Of a stretch of DNA of 13,053 nucleotides, positions 6,811-13,053 are shown piece by piece. Each line of letters begins with the position of its first letter. Positions within the stretch are counted from its first letter, which is position 1. The position numbers and the translations under genes were made by a program. The notes beneath the pieces are model-generated. The model saw nothing but the letters and a program-made list of their open reading frames with translations, ran no database searches and was not told the origin of the DNA. This DNA comes from Silvanigrellaceae bacterium (GTDB lineage Bacteria; Bdellovibrionota_B; Oligoflexia; Silvanigrellales; Silvanigrellaceae): positions 1 through 13,053 of the forward strand of contig JBMSQQ010000094.1 in the NCBI GenBank assembly GCA_049423385.1. Direction: 5' to 3'.

Positions 6811-8223
6811 TCATTTGAGCCGCGTTTCAACCCCTGCGCGCAACCCATACGTCTGTCCCAAATCCACTTGCCCAGCCACCCAGCCCTTGGTTTTGCCTTC
6901 AAGCTCAACCCAGGGCTGAATACCATTGGTTCCTTCAGACACAACCTTGACACCCAACAATCCTCCCGGTTGCGGCTTGAGCGCGAAGAAATCGAGATTC
7001 TTGGGCTGCAGCCAAAGCGCAGCGCGGGCACCCACACCAAACGAACCGTCGCCAACCGGAACCGGACGATGCTCGATATCAATTTGCGGATAGGACTTTT
7101 TCTGATTGGAGTTTTGCTGCCACGCGAACAACAGTCCTTGTGTTCCAAAGGGTGTCTGCTTGCTGAGTGTCTTCATGAAAACATTCAGCCTGAGAGCGGT
7201 GCCAAAAGGAGCAACGTAGTGTGCCAGCGACGCGTTCAAACCCAATTCGCGGCCCGTGGTCGGACTGATCATCGTGAAATGATCGAATCCGAGCATTTGC
7301 GGATCGAGGAAGTTGACGACATGCCAGCGTGACGCGGAGGACAAATAATCCTGCTCTTCGGAAGTGAGATCCGACTTTTTTGTGTAACGGCGAATTCCAA
7401 CACCGGATGGATGTTGCCCACGAGCTTCAAACGGCTCGTCTGGCCGATGCAGATCACGCACCCAGCCCAGATAATCGAAACCAACAAAATCGCGTTTTTT
7501 AACGTCGACACCTTCGTCCTTCTCGTTGTCGAGTGTCTTTTGATCCCCATCACCCGAGGCTGCGGCATTGATGTAGCCCCAACTACCTATGTTGACCAAA
7601 AGCAGGGTTGTCCAATCGACCGTGTTCTGGTTTTTGAAAAATCTGTCTTTCTGCAAGGACAGATTGAACTCGCGTTCGGATTCGTCTCCGGCCACCGAAA
7701 GACGCAAGTGATCCTTTGGATAAAGTTTCTTCATCCGGATCAAATCCTCGTCGGATTGTCCGCTCACCGCATAGGTCTCCCGGAACGGCCTGAGGTCATT
7801 GATGGTGTTGTGGCTCGGAATATTGCGGTGCGTCATCACAGCGCGATGCCACTCTTCATGCGACCAGCCCGGTGACAAGGGAAAGGTTGCAAGGATTTGG
7901 TCGGCCAAGAGGTAAGCCGCACTGTTGAGCCAAAGTTTGTATCCTGTGGCATTGGGATCGAGCACCTGACCCAAGCCCCAGTGAACAACACTTTGCCATG
8001 CGCGCGAAAGATCCTGCGACTGGGCCATGCTGAAGCCCTTGTAGCCATCGCGCAAATTGTAGGGTGAATCCAAAAGAGTGAAACGGATGATGGCTGATAC
8101 GGGCACAGAGGCATCGCTGGGCGCCGCAGCTGCAGGTCCTTCTGAAGAAGCCGATGCTTGAATACTGCCTGCAAAGCACTGCGCTGCCGAAAAAAATACG
8201 GCGGAAACAACTGTTCTCTTCAT
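6811..8223 (-). CDS. Secreted or outer-membrane protein of unknown function with an HExxH motif
   Basis: 470-aa ORF with a signal peptide (AQCFA-G), HEEWH at 7860-7846, and amphipathic beta-strand-like segments in the C-terminal third. Confidence 0.7.
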   Translation of the reverse strand: MKRTVVSAVFFSAAQCFAGSIQASASSEGPAAAAPSDASVPVSAIIRFTLLDSPYNLRDGYKGFSMAQSQDLSRAWQSVVHWGLGQVLDPNATGYKLWLNSAAYLLADQILATFPLSPGWSHEEWHRAVMTHRNIPSHNTINDLRPFRETYAVSGQSDEDLIRMKKLYPKDHLRLSVAGDESEREFNLSLQKDRFFKNQNTVDWTTLLLVNIGSWGYINAAASGDGDQKTLDNEKDEGVDVKKRDFVGFDYLGWVRDLHRPDEPFEARGQHPSGVGIRRYTKKSDLTSEEQDYLSSASRWHVVNFLDPQMLGFDHFTMISPTTGRELGLNASLAHYVAPFGTALRLNVFMKTLSKQTPFGTQGLLFAWQQNSNQKKSYPQIDIEHRPVPVGDGSFGVGARAALWLQPKNLDFFALKPQPGGLLGVKVVSEGTNGIQPWVELEGKTKGWVAGQVDLGQTYGLRAGVETRLK

Positions 8224-8319
8224 GCATCATCCCGTTCTGTTGAAATCCGACAAAGACAAAAAATCACCCCAAAACAGTGGCTTTGGAGTGACTTTTTATC
8301 AAGGGATGTGCTGCTTGTT

Positions 8320-8333
8320 TTGACGTTTGTCAA
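8320..8333. promoter_or_regulatory. Perfect palindrome TTGAC-N4-GTCAA (CRP/FNR-family-like box)
   Basis: TTGACGTTTGTCAA in the 8224-8380 intergenic region, about 100 bp upstream of the HExxH gene. It also reads as a TTGACA -35 hexamer on the minus strand. Confidence 0.45.
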
Positions 8334-8380
8334 GGCTGGAGAAGTTCTGCTTTCCGTGAAAATGCGATTGGAAGAAATTC

Positions 8381-9223
8381 CTATTTGTTGACCAGATCAG
8401 CCCACGCTGCAGACAAACCGCTCGCATCATCAACATTGAGCAACTTTGCCGCGTCATTTCCAACAACCTTGAGCATGCATTCCTGGGTCTGCAGATTGCG
8501 ACCTGTGGAATCCTTCAGCACACAACGGTCATTCGTCCTGCCCAACAAAACACCATAGACACGAGAAGCAAAAGTGGAGTTCAGGCGGCGCATCGACTCT
8601 TCCAGAATGCGGGTGTCTTTGTCTTTTGCAGCACCGTCAGAGAAAAAAACCACGCTTTCCATGTCGAGCTTCTTCTCGCGCAAATTTTCTTCGTGTCCTT
8701 GCAGGGCAACACTGATGCCGCGTTCATAGTTTGTCGTGTCGTAATCCGGATTGTCGCAAACCCCGGCCCGGAATTTCGAACTCACATCTTTTCGCGTCTG
8801 AGAGAGCACACTGTTCATGGTGCCCAGATTTCTTGCGCCACTGCTGAAAGTAACAACAGTCATTCTAACTTCTTCATTGGAATTGAGCTTTGTACGCAGG
8901 GAGTCGACGAGGTCGAGCATCGCATCGAAGCGCTTGCAGGCGACGTCGCTTCCCGAATTGGGTTGCTGCGTTGAAGGGTCGATGTACAGTGAACCAGACT
9001 TGTCCATAATCAAATAGAGGTCGAGTGTTTTTCCCGCGGTGGCAAATCCTGGCGGATTGTTGTTGCCGTTCTCGGCAGGAGACTTGTCACCTTTGCCCGT
9101 TGCAGCCGGAGGTCCACCCGCATCCGAATTGAAGGAAGAGTTTGAACATGAGGGCATGAATACAGAGGCTAAACCAGCCGCAACCAGAGTCGCTCGCGCA
9201 AACAAATTCATTTCGGTTTTCAC
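8381..9223 (-). CDS. von Willebrand factor A (VWA) domain lipoprotein
   Basis: GTG 9223 with AGGAG 7 nt upstream. Signal ends FMPS-C26, followed by a G/P/N-rich linker. Complete MIDAS: LIMDKSGS, TTNYERG, FFSDG. Confidence 0.87.
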   Translation of the reverse strand: MKTEMNLFARATLVAAGLASVFMPSCSNSSFNSDAGGPPAATGKGDKSPAENGNNNPPGFATAGKTLDLYLIMDKSGSLYIDPSTQQPNSGSDVACKRFDAMLDLVDSLRTKLNSNEEVRMTVVTFSSGARNLGTMNSVLSQTRKDVSSKFRAGVCDNPDYDTTNYERGISVALQGHEENLREKKLDMESVVFFSDGAAKDKDTRILEESMRRLNSTFASRVYGVLLGRTNDRCVLKDSTGRNLQTQECMLKVVGNDAAKLLNVDDASGLSAAWADLVNK

Positions 9224-9285
9224 AGTTCAGCTCCTGCTTCTATGGAATGGCACACCATTCAGGCATGATGGACCGAACGACGTGG

Positions 9286-9302
9286 AGCAGGTTTTATGCC
9301 AA
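9286..9302 (-). promoter_or_regulatory. Candidate sigma54 (-24/-12) promoter for the VWA lipoprotein gene
   Basis: Minus strand reads TTGGCATAAAACCTGCT, with exact GG-N10-GC spacing and TGGCA/TGCT flanks, about 60 bp upstream of the start codon. Confidence 0.6.
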
Positions 9303-9527
9303 AAAAACTTGAGCGATTTTTGATGGAAATTTTCCCACGGGGTGTTGAAGGATTGGACACCCACGACTTGCTGACTGCACGAGGCGTCCCGATATTCAAT
9401 TCATGATGATGTGACTTGATGAAGATTGACCAAGACTGCTATTGAATTTCCACGCCCGGATTCATGGGCCAAATTGACGCCAATTTTGGGTTTTCCGGCA
9501 CGAACAATGCCAGTCAGGATACAGGAC

Positions 9528-10865
9528 GTGCAAGCCACTCAAAACCGCTCCAATGAGCTGAAAATCTTGCTGAGCCGGCTGCTGACCCGCTCGGGAGACC
9601 AGGCTTGGGATTTTGCCATCCCCATTTGTCTGGTCGGCCTTTTCCCCTCCCAGTTTTCGTTGATCGCATTTCTTTACCTTGTTTCCAAACTCGGCTCATT
9701 TGTGTTTCAGCCCTGGCTTGCTGGCTTCATCGACCGTTGGAAGCGAATCAACACCGCAATATTGGGTACAGGACTTCAGCTCGCCAGTGTTTTGGGCGTG
9801 ACAATCTGTATTTTTCAACTTTCGAAATTGGCAGATGCCCAAACGGCGCTTTGGCGACAACCGCAATTGTGGCCGCTCTTGGCAAGCGTCACCCTTGGTA
9901 CCATTGTAGGAAATTTGGGTTCAGGATTGATGGACATCGCCGTTGGCAAGGACTGGATTCCTGTGCTGGTGGCCAAGGAACGTTTGCCGAAGGTCAACAG
10001 CCAGCTTCAAACCCTTGACCTTCTGACAGAGGTTTTGTCGCCAGTGATTGCAGGGTTGATTCTCGCGCAGATGGCGCAATTTCGCGACTTGACAGGCCTT
10101 GGCATAATCGCTGCATGGAACGTTGTTTCATTCGTTCCCGAGATTCTTCTGCTGGGAAGTGTTTTCAAGAGTTCTGCCCTGCTGCAGGAGAGTGTCGGTA
10201 TCGAAGTCTCTTCCCGCGAGGGGCTCATCGAGAAAACCAAACTCGGCTGGAAAATGTTCAGCAAGCAATCGACCGCACCAGTCATGACAGCAAATGCGCT
10301 CTTGTGGATTTCTGCGTTGAGCCCCCATGGTGTTCTGCTCACGGGATTTCTCAAGAGTGGATGGAATCTCCCGGAAACAACCTTGGGCATCTTTCGCGGA
10401 TTGGGTGCAGTGTTTGGGCTACTGGCAACCGTTGTGTTTCCGTGGGTGCATGCCCGCCTTGGACTTGTGCCGACAACCCGGTTGTTCATCATTTTTCAAG
10501 CACTCATGGTTCTCCTCAGTCTTCCTTTTTTCCATATGGAAACAGCGGGCGGAATTGCGTTCCTCGGATTGGTCTTGATGTCGCGAATTGGTCTTTACGG
10601 CTTTTGCCTGGGCGAAACGGAAATCAGACAACGATGGATTCCGCAGGGTCAAAGAGGGCAAGTCAATGGGGTTGCGGGCGCGCTGACGAGCTTTGCCACC
10701 ATTGTCTTGTTTGGATTGGGAAGTCTTCTGGGCGACAAAGACAACTTCATCTTCATGATCGCAGTTTCAATTTTATCTGTGGTTGCAGGAGCAGCGCTTT
10801 TCCTGCGTTGGTCAATCACTGACCCGCAACCGGAAAAATCCCTGGAACCAGTGGAAACAAAATAA
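9528..10865 (+). CDS. Bacterial ferroportin (FPN1/SLC40-like MFS divalent metal exporter)
   Basis: Blocks RLLTRSGDQAWDF, WNVVSFVPE, ALLWISALSPHGVLL, LPETTLGIFRGLGAVFGL, SRIGLYGF and RQRWIP match my recollection of Bdellovibrio BbFPN. GTG 9528 has AGGA 8 nt upstream and gives Thr20/Asp24 numbering as in BbFPN. Alternative starts are ATG 9507 and TTG 9426. Confidence 0.9.
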   Translation: MQATQNRSNELKILLSRLLTRSGDQAWDFAIPICLVGLFPSQFSLIAFLYLVSKLGSFVFQPWLAGFIDRWKRINTAILGTGLQLASVLGVTICIFQLSKLADAQTALWRQPQLWPLLASVTLGTIVGNLGSGLMDIAVGKDWIPVLVAKERLPKVNSQLQTLDLLTEVLSPVIAGLILAQMAQFRDLTGLGIIAAWNVVSFVPEILLLGSVFKSSALLQESVGIEVSSREGLIEKTKLGWKMFSKQSTAPVMTANALLWISALSPHGVLLTGFLKSGWNLPETTLGIFRGLGAVFGLLATVVFPWVHARLGLVPTTRLFIIFQALMVLLSLPFFHMETAGGIAFLGLVLMSRIGLYGFCLGETEIRQRWIPQGQRGQVNGVAGALTSFATIVLFGLGSLLGDKDNFIFMIAVSILSVVAGAALFLRWSITDPQPEKSLEPVETK

Positions 10866-10872
10866 TCCGCAC

Positions 10873-12783
10873 TCAGATTTCGATTTGAACCCCAACTTCC
10901 ATGACCTGCTTTGCAGGCAGGTTGTAATAAGAGACCGGGGAAAGTGCGTTGCGTCCCATGAATGCGAACAAACGCTCGCGCCAGAGCGCCATACCCGCTT
11001 TTCGAGTTGCCAGAACAATTTCGCGTCCAAGGAAAAAGGTCGTGTCATCGGGGACAATGTTCATTCCTTTTTCATTCGCAAGCTGAAGCACACCGGCAAA
11101 GTCCGCATCATCCATGAAGCCCACCGAAACCTTGATCCTGTAAAGGCCCTGGGTCAGCTCCTCGACTTCCACCCGATTGTGGCGTCTGACGTGAGGAATA
11201 TCCTTTGTGACAAAGGTGATGAGAAACACCCGCTCGTGCATGACCTTGTTGTGCTTCAGATTGTGACTCAATGCCAGAGGAACCGAATCCGGACGACCCG
11301 ACATGTAAATCGCCGTGCCTTCCACGCGTTCATGACGTCTGTTGATGAATTCATCCACGAGAGCAGAAAACGGGATGGAGTGCTCGGCCAAACCTGCGGC
11401 CAAAAGCTTGCGGCCCTGGATCCATGTCACCATGACCAAATAGATGCCACATGCGATGACCAGTGGAATCCAGCCACCATTGAGAATCTTGAGCGAGTTG
11501 GAACCAAAGAATGCAAGGTCGATCGCAATAAGCGGCACAAACACTGCAAGCCCTACCGCCGCACTCCACTTCCAAACAGAACGGGCCACGATTCCGGCGA
11601 GAATTGTCGTCACGAGCATGGTCAAAGACACCGCGATTCCATAGGCAGCTGCGATGGACGAGGAGTTCTGGAATTCGATCACCAGCCAGATCGCTCCAAT
11701 ACACAGCGACCAGTTGACGAACGGTACATAGATTTGACCGATTTGTTTGTCGGAAGTGTGCACGACCCGCATGCGCGGAAAATATCCAAGTTGAATGGCT
11801 TGCTTGGTGAGCGAGAAAACTCCGGAGATCAGGGCCTGCGAGGCAATCACTGTGGCCATCGTTGCCAAGGCGACCATTGGGTACAACGCCCACGAAGGTA
11901 CAAGCTTATAGAAGGGATTTTCGACAGCAGTGGGGTCCTGAAGAATGAGCGCTCCCTGGCCGAAATAATTCAACAGCAAGCAAGGCAGAACCAAGGTGAA
12001 CCAACCAATCCGGATAGGTTGTTTACCAAAGTGTCCCATGTCCGCATAAAGCGCTTCTCCACCCGTGACGGTGAGAAAAATCGTTCCGAGGATCAGGTAT
12101 CCCTTGGCGCCATTCATCATGAAAAAATCAACGGCATACATTGGATTCATTGCTGCAAGCACAGAAGGGTTGTCGACAATTTTGGTGAGACCAAGAATTC
12201 CAAGTGCGACAAACCAGACAGCGGTGATTGGGCCAAAAATCGCACCAATCCGGTCTGTTCCGAACCTCTGAACCGAAAACAGCCCAAACAAAATGAAGAT
12301 GGTGATGAGAGGTACATAAGGCTCGAACATCGGAGTGGCTTCCTTGAGACCCTCCAGAGCTGAAAGCACCGAAATTGCAGGAGTGATGATGCCATCGCCA
12401 TAAAGCAATGTTGAACCAAAAATACCGAGCATCAATATCAGCTGCGACCACCGTTCAATTCCTGGACTGCCGCACTTTCTGGCAAGCGTTTCCAGTGCAA
12501 GGATTCCGCCTTCACCCTTGTTGTCTGCGCGCAGTATGAGCACAACATACTTCAGGCTGACAATCATCATCAGCGACCAGAAGATGAGCGACAGGGCACC
12601 GAGAATGTTCACAGGCATTGCCTTGAATCCATGATCACCATGGAAAGATTCGCGAATGGCGTATAACGGCGAAGTCCCGATATCGCCGAAAACAACACCG
12701 ATGGCTCCGATAATCAGCGAGTGAAAAGAGGATTTCGGATGATAACCCGATTCGGTAGAGTTGGTGTCGCTGGAATCTGACAA
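10873..12783 (-). CDS. kup: KUP/HAK/KT family potassium uptake transporter
   Basis: Motifs GVVFGDIGTSPLY, ADNKGEGG, GDGIITPAISVLSALEG, TGGEALYADMGHFG, IASQALISG, GQIYVP and AYGIAV, ending VMEVGVQIEI. Start uncertain: TTG 12783 (after GGGG) or TTG 12807. Confidence 0.96.
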   Translation of the reverse strand: MSDSSDTNSTESGYHPKSSFHSLIIGAIGVVFGDIGTSPLYAIRESFHGDHGFKAMPVNILGALSLIFWSLMMIVSLKYVVLILRADNKGEGGILALETLARKCGSPGIERWSQLILMLGIFGSTLLYGDGIITPAISVLSALEGLKEATPMFEPYVPLITIFILFGLFSVQRFGTDRIGAIFGPITAVWFVALGILGLTKIVDNPSVLAAMNPMYAVDFFMMNGAKGYLILGTIFLTVTGGEALYADMGHFGKQPIRIGWFTLVLPCLLLNYFGQGALILQDPTAVENPFYKLVPSWALYPMVALATMATVIASQALISGVFSLTKQAIQLGYFPRMRVVHTSDKQIGQIYVPFVNWSLCIGAIWLVIEFQNSSSIAAAYGIAVSLTMLVTTILAGIVARSVWKWSAAVGLAVFVPLIAIDLAFFGSNSLKILNGGWIPLVIACGIYLVMVTWIQGRKLLAAGLAEHSIPFSALVDEFINRRHERVEGTAIYMSGRPDSVPLALSHNLKHNKVMHERVFLITFVTKDIPHVRRHNRVEVEELTQGLYRIKVSVGFMDDADFAGVLQLANEKGMNIVPDDTTFFLGREIVLATRKAGMALWRERLFAFMGRNALSPVSYYNLPAKQVMEVGVQIEI

Positions 12784-12939
12784 AAAAAAACCCCAGTTGA
12801 AATTCAATTGACGCTCAAAAGAGCAAAATACTTTGTACCAGAAAATGTTTGAGGAGAACAGTTCTGCGTCAGTCAGCAGTTGAGAATCAAAAATGGTCTT
12901 TTATAATGCAATAGTGGAATCACCATTCGTTTTCTGTCT

Positions 12940-13053
12940 TTACAGTTGAGAAGCGTATGTGCGGCCCGTCTCTGTCAATTGACCGTTTTCATCAAAGAGT
13001 GCAGATGTGCCAACTTTTGAATCATGCCAAGCATATTTTTCAATGAAAGGTGA
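12940..13053 (-). CDS. C-terminal end of a probable GH128 (Glyco_hydro_cc) beta-1,3-glucanase-like protein
   Basis: Translated by hand, not in the ORF track: SPFIEKYAWHDSKVGTSALFDENGQLTETGRTYASQL*. It matches the family's terminal [IV]E.YAW...S.LF...G.LT..G..Y pattern. Only 37 aa are visible. Confidence 0.65.
   Translation of the reverse strand, partial: SPFIEKYAWHDSKVGTSALFDENGQLTETGRTYASQL

Noticed and set aside
10115..10822. 235-aa Cys-containing ORF in another frame inside ferroportin
   Set aside because: Out-of-frame overlap with a conserved membrane-protein gene, with no independent support.
10783..12363. 526-aa plus-strand ORF
   Set aside because: Almost wholly antisense to the highly conserved kup gene, with no recognisable motifs or RBS; a shadow ORF from codon bias.
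12808..12939. c-di-AMP (ydaO) riboswitch or terminator upstream of kup
   Set aside because: Only short weak hairpins (AATGGTG/CACTATT, GCTC/GAGC), no recognisable riboswitch consensus and no adjacent U-tract.

Overview
Gene-dense bacterial chromosomal window with no rRNA, tRNA, CRISPR array or mobile element that I can see. It holds 13 protein genes, two of them cut by the window edges and absent from the ORF track. In order: astacin-like (M12A) lipoprotein (partial, -), Tat-exported MBL-fold hydrolase (-), stand-alone cNMP-binding protein (-), dNMP-kinase-like protein with an atypical P-loop (+), DUF2063-type partner (-), DUF692 multinuclear non-heme iron oxidase (MNIO, -), Sec-exported MBL-fold hydrolase (+), caspase-like (clan CD) lipoprotein (+), secreted HExxH protein (-), VWA lipoprotein (-), bacterial ferroportin (+), Kup K+ transporter (-) and the C-terminus of a GH128-like glycoside hydrolase (-). 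The Bdellovibrio-like ferroportin and the many exported hydrolases and lipoproteins suggest Bdellovibrionota/Oligoflexia (inference only). Most notable: an MNIO/partner pair with no adjacent precursor peptide, bracketed by two differently exported MBL paralogs, and a ferroportin with Gln at the position of human Arg178. Family calls come from motif recognition and recalled sequences, not database searches.
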